DNA of 64,000 nucleotides from the NCBI GenBank assembly GCA_030390025.1, contig CM059429.1:15686001-15750000 (forward strand), written 5' to 3'. Below are positions 50,923 through 64,000 of the stretch, piece after piece. Source of the DNA: Squalus acanthias. Its lineage: Eukaryota. The translations under genes were made by a program, and so were the position numbers. The notes under the pieces are model-generated. The model ran no database searches. It saw nothing but the letters and a program-made list of their open reading frames with translations, and was not told the origin of the DNA. How positions within the stretch are numbered: the stretch's first letter is position 1; every line of letters begins with the position of its first letter.

Positions 50923-53900
50923 TCAGTTTATCCCTACTCTCTGTTTTCTGTCCGTTAACCAATCCTCTATCCATGCTACTATATTACCCCCAACCCCATG
51001 AGCCCTAATCTTGTGTCATAATCTTTTATGTGGCACCTTATCGAATGCCTTTTGGAAATGCAAATATACTACATCCACTGGTTCCCCTTTATCTACCCTG
51101 CTAGTTACATCCTCAAAAAGCTCTAATAAATTTGTCAAACATGATTTCCCTTTCATAAAACCATGTTGACTCTGCCTAATCATGTTATGATTTTCTAAGT
51201 GACTTGATACCACTTCCTTAACAATGGATTCCAGCAATTTCCCGAGACTGATGTCAGGCTAACTGGCCTGTAGTTCCCTGTTTTTTCTCTCCCTCCTTTC
51301 TTGAATAGCGGTGTTACATTTGCGACCTTCCAATCCGCTGGGATCATTTTGGAAGATCAAAACCAATGCATCCACTATCTCTTCAGCCACCTCTTTTAGA
51401 ACCCTAGGATGTAGGCCGTCAGGTCCAGGGGATTTGTTGGCTTTTAGTCCCATTAGTTTCTCTAGTACTTTTTCTCTACTTATATTAATTACGTTAAGTT
51501 CCTCACCCTCATTAGACCCCTGGTTCCCCACCATTACGTAAGGTTTTATTGGGTTTCCTCCTTTTCAGTAAGAATAAGCCCACGTTTTTTGATCTTTTCT
51601 CATAACTTAAATCGCAGAAATCTGGCATCATCATTGCTGCCCTGCACTGTACCCACTCGAGAGCAATTTCCGTCCTACATTGGGGAAGTCAGGATCAGAC
51701 TGATCTATGATGGCAGCTGTACACATGGAGGCAGACTGCTTGGACAAAGTAACCATGGATGCTGCAAGCCATGAAACTTGTATCCTAACACAAGTTCCCA
51801 ACTTTCGGTTGGGGATGGGGTGAAGGTGAGAAAATCAGAAGTGGAAATAAAGGATGAATATATAATTGTGGGCTATATCGATAAATATAAATATTATATC
51901 TTGCAGAGCATGAGATTACTGGAATATAATGTGCGGAATGCAATTGTTCAGGGTTTGGGGTCCAGACGGAACTTTTGATTTTCCCTTTTTGGAAATTTTA
52001 ACCGATGATTATTCACCACTCCCAGCAGATTAAATAGATTGCTGATTGCATCCAATCCATTGGAAAGAGCAAGCTTGGAGCCAAATGGTTTTCTTTCCAT
52101 TTTATACTTACCTATATTCTATGCGCCTACATCATTTTCAAACATGTGCCACTGTTTAGAAAGAGTGACTCTTAGAGACACGGTGAAACACAGATTCCAG
52201 GTATACACCCAAATGCTTCTGAGGTCATTTGAATTTTGCTACGGTGATTCCACTTTGCTGGGACACATTAGGAAGAATATTCCAACAATTATTGGACAGG
52301 TTAATTCGCCACGGGAGAAGAATCTGATCGCTACGTACAGCAACAGTGTAATTACATCAATGAAGATTTCCTCTGGTTGGCATTTCTAGTAACATTGTAG
52401 AATTATTCAAAAAGAATGGGTTTACAATTTTGCTAGGAATTCTGGCCCAAGGAAATATTTATGGATCTATGTATGATGTTGCAATATGTAGTAATCAGAC
52501 CTCCCTCTTTCCGCCACAAGAATTAGAATATACATAGGATAATTTCCAAGAAATTCACTGGCAGAAGAAAAACTAGACATTACAACACCCAACATGATGT
52601 TAGACTCCTTGAAATCCAGGGAAACGTAATAGCGATAGTTTTTCTTAAGAGTTCCGTTCAGAGTTTGGGTTATCAAGATTCCATAACTGAATTACAGTCA
52701 AATATCCTGCAGACACAAACCTCCAAGAACGCAGTATGCTATGTTTAAGCACAGGCATCCGATATCCTACATGTATCTTTTGTGCCATGATCCAGACCCG
52801 CACCATTTATTATACTTGAAAATTCCAAAACTATTCTACTATGATGGTCTATGAAACCATTTCACATGGCTCTGGTTGGTCACACACCCACTTACTGATA
52901 GAAATCTTCTGGTTTCAATAGTATGATAGTGTTACAGATTCTGGCACTGATGATCTTAAAATAACAGCTGGTCTGGCTACCCTGGTAAGACGACTCTCTC
53001 ATAACAGGCCGTAAGAGATGGTGAATTTAGTTGAAAATGCAATCTGCATCCTTACTGCAATTGACAGCTGCGAATGGTGTTGAATGGTCGTGAAAAAACG
53101 CAATTAACTGACAGCTAAATTACTGAACCACATTCAGTTATTTACAAGAATAGGTCAACACTTCTCCCAAGCTTTGTACTTTCTAGTTCTAACTCCATCT
53201 TTGAGTCCTGCTGTGGCCAGCCGCAAAGCCTTTAGTATGTACAGTGTAACACGTTGACAGTGCATTGCAACAGAAGCTGCAAAAAGGTCAACTCAAGCAG
53301 TTTGTAAGGCGCACACACACAGGACAAGATTTGATAGATGGTGACGAAATGGTCAAGTTAGCTCATATTAGCTACCTGTTTTCAAATCATTACTGTATTC
53401 CACTTTGCTCTGCAGGTCATTTGCTGGTTTAAACTGCATTTTTGCACCAAAACTGCTTTCCATATTAATAAGCACAAATTGGTATAAGCAGCAAGCACAG
53501 TTCAAAATACAAATGCAGCGTCTGCAATACCCAGAAATCTTGAACAAGTTAGCACAAGAGTGAAAGTGCTAACATAAAAAGAAAAAAATCCCCCAAAAAG
53601 CCACCTGCTCAGGAACATGCCAGATGTACTGCAATTCAGCCAGTTAATTTAATTATACTATTTTAGTTTGAGTATCATATTCTTTTGGCCCGGGGGGGGG
53701 GGGGCTGGTGGAAGGGGGTTAGTGGTAAAGAATTTGATTTTATAAACAATCTTGAACTTATGCAACATTTGGCTAGGTTTTAGGGAATAGATCAAAGGAG
53801 AATAATTTGATATTGATTGGCAGTACTATCAGTGGCCACTGTGAAAACATATGGCCTTTCCAAGTCTAACAGCAGAGAATGGCAGGTTACATATTTCACA

Positions 53901-54629
53901 CCATGTACCAGCATCTCCATTACAATTATATATATATGTGATACATAAAATATACAGGTAAAATTCAGGTTTTGGAGTGGGGTTTCTTCTCTTTCCCTGC
54001 TCCAAGTCCACTCCCAAAGCCATTCTTCGGGAGGATTTTTTCTCCAGTTATTTTCTCCCTTTTGCGTACTACTTCACTTTCAGCTACCCCAATGGCCTGA
54101 CCACTGGAGACACCACAGGGTGGACTGCAAGTTCAGGCGTTCCTGCGTGCGCTGCTCTGCGCCGGGAGTGCTAGTTGGGAAATCACGGGCTGCAGTTGTG
54201 ATTTCATAACCTGTGGTGGGAGCTCCCGATTGCCGCATCAGTCCTCAAATATCTACTGTGTAAACTATATATTGGCAACTCTTGAACGGGATCCATCTCA
54301 GGCATTAGCTTTAGACTAAGATTTATTTGCACCCCCCCCCCACGGGAAAAAACAAACACTCAATTAAAAAAGTTCTACCCATACAACAGTTTTCCTGCAC
54401 CTAGCTCAGTCACTGCTCAAATGCTGGTGAAAGTCTCAATGAAAAATGAGAGTTTAAGAAAAATTAAGTGTACACACATTCTGAATCCAAGGTAGGTAAC
54501 GGAAGAATGTGAGAGAGGATTAAATATCTAATGGGTGTACAAACAGCCCTTCAATGGAACTGACCAAAAGCGTATTCTGCATTTCCAGCATTTTGTTTTC
54601 ATTTCAGTTCTCCAGTATTCACATTATAA

Positions 54630-55035
54630 GATCACAAGAACAAGGAGCAGGAGCAGGCCATATGGTCTCGCCATTTAATAAGATCATGGCTGATCTTCGA
54701 CCTCAACTCCACTTTCCTGCCCGATCCCCATATCCCACGATTCCTCTAGAGTCCAAAAATCTATCGATCTCAGCCTTGAATATACTCACGACTGAGCATC
54801 CACAGCCCTCTGGGGTAGAGAATTCCAAAGATTCACAACCCTCTGAGTGAAGAAATTCCTCCTCATCTCAGTCTTAAAAGGCCGACCCCTTATCCTGAGA
54901 CAATGCCCCCTAGTTCTAGACTCTCCATTCAGGGGAAACAATCTCTCAGCATCTTCCCCGTCAATCTCCCTCAGAATCTTATATGTTTCAATGAAATCAC
55001 CTCTCATTCTTCTAAACTCCAGAGAGTATAGGCCT
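54630..55035 (-). mobile_element. CR1 3' fragment
   Basis: MRGDFIETYKIL...[16 protein letters not shown]. Confidence 0.85.
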
Positions 55036-55397
55036 TATTACTTTTCTTTTTATTGGCACTTATTAATACAAACATAGAACTATTGTACATACCACAATAG
55101 GTTCTTTGATGATCTACAATTTTAAAACATTTATAATTTACGACAATTATTTTGAGATGCTGGGGCTGGGGCCATTGCATCTTTAAAGGGCTAGAGAATA
55201 TTGAATAGTAGAAATTACCACCAGTTCAGGAAATTATGGGAATTTCTTCTCCAAAATATAACCCCAACACACAGTAAATTATATCTTCAGTCTAAAATCA
55301 ATGAAGTTTTGTTTAAAAGAATATTTTCAACTTATGGTTAACATTCACCAATCTACAAATGCAAGACACATGCCACTCATTCAAGAGTAAAACATCA

Positions 55398-56340
55398 TAG
55401 ATAGAGTCATAGAGTCATACAGCACAAAGAGGCCCTTCGGCCCATCGTGTCCGTGCCGGCCATCAAGCCCTGTCTATTCTAATCCCATTTTCCAGCACTT
55501 GGTCCGTAGCCTTGTATGCTATGGTGTTTCAAGTGCTCATCTAAATGCCTCTTGAATGTTGAGGGTTCCTGCCTCTACCACCCTTTCAGGCAGTGAGTTC
55601 CAGATTCCAACCACCCTCTGGGTGAAAAAGTTTTTCCTCAAATCCCCTCTAAACCTCCTGCCCCTTACCTTGAAACTATGCCCCCTGGTTATTGACCCCT
55701 CTACTAAGGGGAAAAGTTCCTTTCTATCTACCCTATCTATGCCCCTCATAATTTTGTACACCTCAATCAGGTCCCCCCTCAGCCTTCTCTGCTCTAAGGA
55801 AAACAACCCCAGCCTGTCCAGTCTCTCTTCATAGCTGAAGCGTTCCAGCCCAGGTAACATCCTGGTGAATCTCCTTTGCACCCTCTCCAATGCAATCACA
55901 TCCTTCCTACAGTGTGGCGACCAGAACTGCACACAGTATTCCAGCTGTGGCCTAACTAACGTTTTGTACAGCTCCATCATAACCTCCCTGCTCTTATATT
56001 CTATGCCTCGGCTAATGAAGGCAAGTATCCCATATGCCTTTTTAACTACCTGTCCTGCTGCCTTCAGGGATCTATGTACATGCACACCAAGGTCCCTCTG
56101 ATCCTCTGTCCCTCCTAGGGTCCTACCATTCATTGTGTATTCCCTTGCCTTGTTAGTCCTCCCAAAATGCATCACCTCACACTTTTCAGGGTTAAATTCC
56201 ATTTGCCAGTGTTCTGCCCATCTAACCAACCCATCTATATCGTCCTGTAGCCTGAGGCTTCCCTCCTCGCTATTTACCACTCCACCAATTTTCGTGTCAT
56301 CTGCGAACTTACTGATCATACCTCCTACATTCAGATCATA
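55398..56340 (-). mobile_element. CR1 3' portion, relatively intact
   Basis: Open frame ISKFADDTKIGG...QLEYCVQFWSP...QRVVGIWNSLP; short tandem-repeat tail (tagagtca)n. Confidence 0.9.
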
Positions 56341-57367
56341 CCCAATAATTACAAGGATACAAGAAATAGCAACAGTAGTTACAATCATATTAAAAGAGAA
56401 TACTAGAAACAATAAAGGGAACAAGAGTATTATCCGGATGAGGTAAAGTCATTTCTAACCATCCAGATACCACTCAAATCAAGTCCAGCATTTGGTTGGT
56501 TTGCAGCCATTAAGCCTCTGCCAGAGGTTGGCTGTTGGCAATAAAGGGGGTGGGATTCACGGAGGAGACTCCAGGTTGCGAGTGCCTTGACCTCTACCTG
56601 CCATCACTGCACAGGAATATCTACATGTGGCAAGATAGGGGCTGATCCAAAATTCCTCCCATATGCAGGTCTCAAGTGACAGATCCAGCAACAATGTCGT
56701 GGGTGAAGTAACATGGTTAAAAAAAAAAGTGATCATAACTAAGATATGCAGCACAGGTAGGGAGGCAATGTTTTTTCAGTCTGTTTCAACTGTGTGCAGT
56801 ACATTAAAATATACAGAGATGTTAGAGCTGATTGGATCACCAGAAGCAGCTAGGAGTGAAACGAGATGCCAGATGTCTGGCTGCCTAGAGTATTCTACGT
56901 AAGCAGACACTGGCAGGTCACCATAATCTGAATCTGAAACTCATCTCAGACTGCTACTGTTCCAGAGGTATCTCCTTTACTGGGACATATGTAATGTGAA
57001 TGTACAAAACGAAAGGCAGATCAGAATATTCTCCAGCATTACTCGAGTTCCATATGAACCACACTCATTGCTCACCATTACTCAGAAAGCAACATTTTGT
57101 TCCAGTAACTGAATCCCTCCTCCGCCCTCCCAAGGACTGATAGTGAAAACGATACCATGTATTGCGACATGCAAAGTAAACTTACAAAACGTGTACTGGT
57201 TGGTTTATTTCTCTGGGTATCAAATTGTTCCACTCTCAGCAGCTAACATTGCAGGCCAACTACGCGAAGAATGACGAACATAAAATCAATCGATCGAGGT
57301 CTGCTGTGCGGACTACTTTTTGATGAGTCCATCACTTTCACTACTCATCATAATTTAAAGTGCTAGT

Positions 57368-57842
57368 GTCAGCCGTGGCTCAGTTGGTAGCACTCTTGAA
57401 CCCACAACCTTCTGACTCGGAGGCAAGTCCCACTCCAGAGACTTGAGCACAAAAAAAAAAAAATCTACGCCGACACTCCAGTGCAGTGCTGAGGGAGTGC
57501 TGCACTGTTGGAGGTGGCGTCTTTTGAATGAGACGTTAAACTGAGGCCCCATCTGCTCTCTCAGGTGGATGTAAAAGATCCCGTGGCGCTATTTCGAAGA
57601 AGAACAGGGGAGTTCTCCCCGGTGCCCTGGCCAATATTTATCCCTCAACCAACACCCAAAAAAACCAGATTATCTGGTCATTTATCACATTGCTGTTTGA
57701 GGGAGTTTGCTGTGTAGAAAATGGCTGCCGTGTTTCCTACATTACAACAGTGACTACACTTCAAAAAGTACCTCATTGGTTGTAAAGCGCTTTGGGATTT
57801 CCTGAGGTTGTGAAAGGTGCTATATAAATGGAAGTTTTTTTC
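57368..57842 (+). mobile_element. Full-length SacSINE1-like DeuSINE with an internal micro-inversion
   Basis: Box A TGGCTCAGTTGG, Deu-like domain, tail aaaggtgctatataaatg. Confidence 0.75.
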
Positions 57843-59600
57843 TCCATCCACTAAGAGTGAAGGAAGTTGCCAGCTGGTTGCTGTAACAGCTGGTTGTACA
57901 ATCAGCACGGGCTCAGCTCACTGACACTGTTTAAATTTACAGTTCGAATCAAAATGCTGGTAAGTGGAGTGCATGCTGACTGTATGATCGGTCATTACAG
58001 TACCCGACCGGTTGGTTGAGGGATAACTAGTGGCCAGGACACCGGGGAGAACTTCCTTCACTCCTAAGCATACTGATAAAAGCAGAGCAGCAGCCTTTAA
58101 AACACACCTTTGATTAAAAGGGGGACTTGAAGTAGGGTGAAAGGAGGTGTGTAGGGAGCAATAAACACCTGCATAAACCTGTTGGGTCGAATGGCCTGTT
58201 TCTGTGCTGGAAATTTGATGCAATTCTATGTAAAAACTAAAATGCGAGTACAGAAACCGACAAAGAAAGTTGTGTGGCGTGAAGAATCGTTTGATTTAAT
58301 CGCCAGATATTGCCAAGGCAAAAATCACTCGCTCTAATTGTCATCCAAAACAGCTGTTGACAAAAAAAAACCGCCAAACACATATAACCCCCAAACTAAA
58401 CAACACCATCCCATAAAAAGCAGATACATTTGAGAGATTCAAGGCTTTAATCTGATCACTCAGGCTTGATTTTTGTACAATATCTGAATGTGCGACTCAG
58501 GTTACTTACTGCCTTGCAATCACTTGCAGCTATTTATCAAGCTCCGTTACCCCAGCTCGCAATACTGTGCCTCCAAGGTCAAAAAACAACATCTTGGCTT
58601 TGGAAACCTCAGTTCCCTTTCTCTATCAGATATTAGGTTGCTCACCAAAAACAAATACTTTCTTTTTATGGATGCGCTGTAGATCGAAGCTTTGAATTCC
58701 CTGTTTGTTTCAAGCCACAGGGATCTGGGCTAAAGCAATACGTACAGCTAGGGAAGAGGGGGTAGGGCTTGAAGAAACATGACAGTGTGTAATGTTTCAT
58801 CAGTTACTCAAGATAGAAACATAAACCACATTAAAACAAAACTTTACTGTAATGCTTTCTATTGGCAAGTTCCAGCCAGCACTATTTCTCACACAACTTG
58901 ATCAAGCTGTCTGGAAGAGGGGAGAGAGAAAGGCACAGGGCAAGGGGCAGCAGGAAGAGAGAAAGAGAGGGAAAAAAGGTGAGGGAGAGCAAGTGGAAAA
59001 ATGGGATTGTTGCCATAGGCTGCACTCTCGCCTCTTTGATCAGCGAGTCGGAATGGCAAAGGCCAACAATGGAACTAGGTTTCCATTAGCTTTTGCAGTA
59101 AAACATGCAAGAATATTACACAAGTGTCTAAATGTAATCAGAGGAGAGGGAAGGAGTATTTTTTTTTAAAAAGGGACCAGTAAACAATATAAAAATAAGT
59201 TTCGACAGTGATGTGGACATATTGATGGGCTAAAAGAGCTGAGAAGTGAGCAAACCTTGGAAACACCAGTGACAAGAAAGGAGAATATTTACAAAAGGCA
59301 ATATGGGAAAAGATAAGGTGGAGCCCATTTAAAAAAGAGGCAATAGTGAAAGCATACAAAAAATTTAACGGGACACCAAAAAGTTTAAATTACACCTAAT
59401 TTCACCACAAAACAGAAGGGGTGGGATTTGAAATAGCGATTCTTCACCTGACTAGGTGGTTTCCAGCATTACTTCATCGTTCCTCTTTGATCACTGCAGT
59501 CAGAGATGACCACAGGAATCCTAGGTCTTGAAATTATCAAGCATCAACAGAACAGGACCACTCAAAGGACCAACTAAGAGAGAGCAGCTCATAAGAAGTA

Positions 59601-59965
59601 CAGGAAACTCTTTATTAACCGGCACCGACGGGACCGGCGTGGTGCCGGTTAATCAAAAAGTCCAGATAATGGAGAGTTATATCTCCCAACGTACAAGAGC
59701 CCTGTACACACTGACATGCGCCTGCATTCGGAGCTCCGTCTCCCTGGGGACCGCCAGCTGGCCATCTGTCGTGTCCGCTGCCTACCCGGGCTGCACATTC
59801 CCCTCCCAATCTACATGCTCCGATACAAGGCAAACGCCTCGGGGTTTTTTTTAAAAGTTATTTTTAAAGGAGAGATGAAGGAAAACCCCGGTTACCTACT
59901 CAAGAATTTTGCCGGTTAAGAGAGATTTCCGGTTATTTGGGTGCCAGTTAAAAGAGAGTTTCCTG
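59601..59965. mobile_element. Tc1/mariner-superfamily (Tigger/pogo-like) MITE, copy 2
   Basis: TA|CAGGAAACTCT...AGAGTTTCCTG|TA; highly similar to 20955-21302. Confidence 0.85.
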
Positions 59966-61348
59966 TATTAATGAAATCGGTTTTACATTCCACCTCTGAC
60001 AGGGCTACATTTCCTAGAAGTGAATATAGGTACTACTTGTCCATGACTGACCCATATACATTTCAATCTGGAAGAAATCTTTTCAAACTGACAATGCAAA
60101 ACTACTTGCATCCTGTTGGTTACTCTAGTTTTAACCCTACCATTATGTCAATTTCCTCTTGGTAAGAGTTTGCCCTCATGGGCATTTCACAGACAAGTCT
60201 GCTCTATGTTTATAGCTTCCTGGAATGAGCAAACAGTTTGGCATGATACATCAGTTAAACTTTTGCCCTCTGGAATCTAATGCATGCAGCCTTTCTCAAT
60301 GCTTTTAAAATATTTCCACACTGTTTCGCAAAAGCCCAATGAAAAGCCTGCACACAAAGAAATCTTTCCTATGAGATCCCAGTGTTTATCCCGTATCTGT
60401 GGTTTTCACTTCTTGGCCAAATTTATTTTGAGTCTGCACATCGCCATATAAGGAAGAATCATATCGGTTACACTATACGCTGCACTAATGACTCAGTTAC
60501 TTTGCCTTTACTCTCCCCTAAAAATTGTTACAGCTTGTAACAAGCGAAGGCTTCCACAGACAATAATCTTTATCGTCACAAAGCGGACTCAAATACAATT
60601 TGCATAAGAAACTCAAAGACTAGCACAATAAACTCAGAATGCAAATTTTGAGACAAAATATACATTTTCTTTTAAATGGCAAGTTTAAAATTAATTTACT
60701 GAAATGCAAATTTATAAACTGGCAAGGCAATTCCTGACAAAAGGTCTTTCAAAGCTTTGCACACTTGCAGGATTCTAGTAAACACAGACGGCACTGATTA
60801 ACTATTAACTTTTATGTGACCTTATATGGTATGCTTCATTAGGTTTCTTGCGTCCTACCTACAGCACAGCTCAACTCAAAATAATAAAATTAAAATGCAC
60901 AATAACTGCGCCAACGGATAATCTAGGCTCAAAATAGAATCCTAGCCCTGAATGGGTTCCACAAATGACATAATTGTAATTTGAAAATTGGTATGAAAAA
61001 TAATTCAAACTTATGGTCTAGCACTTACCGAGGAGCGAGCTAGTTGAGGGAAGGTGGATGGAAAATTGGCACACAGGACCTTAGAGCAACAGTGGCTTGT
61101 TTTTAAACAAGCAAAGGTACAGAATAAATATATTCCATTGAAGAAGGAGGAAAGGATGCCATGGATAAATAAAGAGGCTAGAAACCAATTGAAAGTGAAG
61201 ACGAGGGGCTACGAGGACTAGAAGAATAATGATGAAAAAAAAAGAAAAAGACTTGCATTTATATAGCGCCTTTCATGACCACCGGACGTCTCAAAGCGCT
61301 TTACAGCCAATGAAGTACAGGGAGAATGAGAAAGTAAGAGGTTAAGAG

Positions 61349-62805
61349 CAGTATTGCCAACCCAACATAAATCAGGAGACAAACTCTTAAAAATCATGAG
61401 ATTTGGTATAGAAATCATGAGTTGCTATTTTTTTCCAACCCGACCCCTCGGGATCTTTGCTCCCGGACAGGAAGCGTATTCGGCTGTCACTAACTGATTA
61501 CTGACATAAGAAATAGGAGCAGGAGTAGGTGGATCGGTGGTAACAACAGAAAACGCTGGAAAAACTCAGCAGGCCAGGCAGCATCCGTGGAGAGAGAAAC
61601 AGAGTTAACGTTTCAGGTCGAAGACCTTTCGTCAGAACTGGAAAAAAAGCAGGAAATGAAATAGATTTAAAGCAAGTGTAAAGCTGGGAAAAGGGGGAGG
61701 GGAGGTGGATCGGTGGCCCCGCTGTTGCGTCACTTGCAGGCCGGCCTCGTTCTTCTTTTGACCATTACTCTTTCCGGAACATAAAACATCTTCTCTTCAT
61801 CTACCCTATCAAACCCCTTCACAATTTTAAAGACCTCTATTAGATCATCCCTCAAGCCTTCTCTTTTGTGTTGTTTGTCCGCCACTTTAAACCCTGTGGA
61901 TTCAAATTTTCATGAAAACCAAAATTCCTCTTAATGTATTGCATGGCTAATGATTTCTTTTCCAGTTCCTATCTTAAATGTGGCTTGTGGAATTGGTGCC
62001 TGACAGGACCCAAGACTAGAGGCCGACGTTATTTGGAGGGACACCAAGTTTCCTGAAGGGAGCAGTAGGAAAGTGCACCACTTGGGCCCTGGCTTTCTGC
62101 GGTGCACAAAAGATCTCCATGGAGTTGCCTTGTAAAAGTTGCTGAGGTCGGGCTGACCGGTTTAACACCCAGAGCACTCCACTCAAAGAAAAGTGTGCGC
62201 ACAGCAAGACCGTGTACTGGAATAATCGGCGCCCCACCCGGTGCTTGTCCCCCGCCCTGGGTTCCTGATCTCGGCAGTGGGTTCAGTTTCTTTTGTAACA
62301 TTACGTAGCTTTGCTCAGATTTGTGCTAATTCTGCTCTCACCTACTTCCAAGTCCAGTTTGCCTGTCCCAGGAACAAAGGGAAAGTAGTAGTCTCCCCAG
62401 GCTGTGCTGATGCACCATCTGTGGGTTGATGTTCAAATGGTTTAGTACATTTGGTCCAGTGCTGCTGGGGGTCAGAGCCTTCACCCATCCTCGGCTCCTT
62501 CGCTCCGCTAGCCGCTTTGCGCTGCCTCTCCGTTACCACGGCAACCCTGCAGAAGGCGCCAGATATCACAAGATCTCTTGACATTCACGAGGAGGAGGAG
62601 GAAGGGGTCCAAGGTCACAGCCAATCGATGTAACGGACCGCGGTGGAACCCAACGGATGTTATGAAAGCCCTCTAAACCTGGTATTTTTTGCACATGTGC
62701 AAATCAGTATATTCCCCCCCCCCCCCCCAAAAATTCCGAGATTTAAGTGTTCCATCGCACGAGATACTTTATTTCACTACGAAATCGCGAGAAATGGCAA
62801 TACGG
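61349..62805. mobile_element. Non-autonomous TIR DNA transposon (hAT-like termini), copy 2
   Basis: TIR CAGTATTGCCA / TGGCAATACGG; flanks TAAGAG / GAAGAG; host CR1 sequence appears to resume after it. Confidence 0.65.
61541..61702 (-). mobile_element. PLE pLTR with hammerhead motif (61603-61639)
   Basis: Reverse complement AGTT CTGACGA A AGGTC TTC GACCT GAA ACGT T AACT; TSD AGGTGGATCGGTGG at 61527-40 and 61703-16. Confidence 0.8.
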
Positions 62806-64000
62806 GAAGAGTGAGATAAGGAAAGCTAAGAGTATGAGGAAAAAAATTCAGAAGGCATCACAAGGAACAGTAAAGTATTGTGCAAATACACCAATAAAGA
62901 GAGAATTGTTAAAAGTGAGCTGGAACCCCTGAGGGAGAGGATTGTCAATTTGTAGAGGATGATCAAAAAATGGCAGAGGTGTTTATTAAGTAATTCCCAA
63001 TCGGCCTTTACTAAAGAGAAGGATATCGGAGAGGAGGTGAATCCTGAAGTGGTGAAGAGCAAGATGAGTGACACTGATGGACTTCAGGGCTCTATTCAGC
63101 GTGGTTGTGTGCTGGAGGACTGGAGAATGGAGAATGGACAATGTAGGACACATTTTTAAAAAGGGGGAGCAAAACAAATACAGGCCAGTTAACTCAATGT
63201 CTGTGATAGGGAAATTTTAGTCTTTAATTAAGGATAAAATTACCACAAATCTAGAGAAAGAGAAATTAGCTAGGAGTAGCCAGCACGGATTTCAAAAGGG
63301 TCGACCATGCTTGACAAACTATAGAATTCTTTCAGGAAGTAACAAACATGGTAAATGGGGGAACTGCAGTGGATGTAGTGTGCATGGACTTTAGGAAAGC
63401 CAAGGTACCACATATGCGAGATTACTTGAGTAGATTAAGGGGTGTGGGATTAGGAGGAGGGTGGCAAACTACATTAAAAATTGAGGGTCTTCTGTTCCTT
63501 GTGCATAACAATGATTTGGATATAGTGGGAATGTTGTCGAAATTTGCAGACGATATCAAAATAGGAGGTATAGTTAATTCTTTAGAATACCAAAGGAAAC
63601 TGAAAAGGGATATTGATAAGATAGGGGAATGGGCTAAAAGGTGGCAGATGGAATTCAATGCCAGTCAGTGTGAGGTGATGCATTTTGGTAAATAAATAAC
63701 TGCAGTAATTATACTCTGAATGGAGGTGGGTTCGGTGCTGTGGAAGAGCAGAGGGATTTAGTGGTACATGTTCACAGAACATTAAAGGCAACACCTCAGG
63801 TTGATAAGGCTGTAAAAATAAAACTTTATGGAATTCCAGGTTTTATCTCAAGAGGTATAGAATATAAAACCAAGAGGTAATGATGAGCCTATATAAAACC
63901 TTGGTAAGACCAGCTGGAGTACTGTGTGCAGTATTAGGCTTCATACTACAGGAAGGATATCGAGGCTTTAGAGAAGGTACAATGCAGATTTACAAGGAAA

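Larger units (their letters stand above)
43552..51540 (-). mobile_element. CR1 LINE host, fragmented by nested insertions
   Basis: Collinear ORF2 pieces: NKSPGPDGLHPRVLKE (~51400), SQHGFMKGKSCLTNL...FQKAFDKVPH (~51016-51237), [12 protein letters not shown] (44730-45038), ALEAVQRRFTRLIPG (43826-44055), then 3'UTR. Confidence 0.9.
61030..64000 (+). mobile_element. Old CR1 LINE interrupted by a SINE tail (~61240-61317) and a TIR element
   Basis: Degenerate ORF2: SQHGFQKGRPCLT, VDVVCMDF, LSKFADDIKIGG, WQMEFN; runs off the window end. Confidence 0.8.

Noticed and set aside
51589-54174. Several 60-116-aa ORFs in unique intronic DNA
   Set aside because: No recognisable domains or exon structure; consistent with chance ORFs.
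28537-64000. Upstream RNF13 exon (ITKFVQDRHR...LKKLP...KKG)
   Set aside because: Not found by manual scan; presumed to lie beyond the window, though a miss is possible.

Overview
This is vertebrate genomic DNA, most likely from a cartilaginous fish (inferred from HE1-like V-SINE, SacSINE1-like DeuSINE, CR1/L2 and Penelope-like repeats). It holds the convergent 3' ends of two genes in the same tail-to-tail arrangement as in human. PFN2 (profilin-2, + strand) is represented by two tandem alternative 98-bp terminal coding exons at 14941-15038 and 15241-15338 plus a 3'UTR. RNF13 (- strand) is represented by its last two RING-H2 exons at 28456-28536 and 26241-26635 plus a long 3'UTR. I did not find upstream exons of either gene, so 1-14940 and 28537-64000 are read as introns, which are rich in transposon remnants. 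The main observations: (1) five Penelope-like insertions carry minimal hammerhead ribozyme motifs, one forming a perfect 97-bp-arm palindrome; (2) two TIR elements share termini and probable 6-bp TSDs but have unrelated, CpG-rich, promoter-like interiors (Pack-type candidates); (3) a ~115-bp non-LINE segment appears to have been copied between two inverted LINEs; (4) a CR1 hosts a multi-layer nest of other elements; (5) a 33-bp minisatellite lies between the RING exons; (6) a SINE head carries a micro-inversion. Exon, TSD and motif coordinates were counted by hand. Repeat boundaries are approximate and family names come from recognition, not from a database search.
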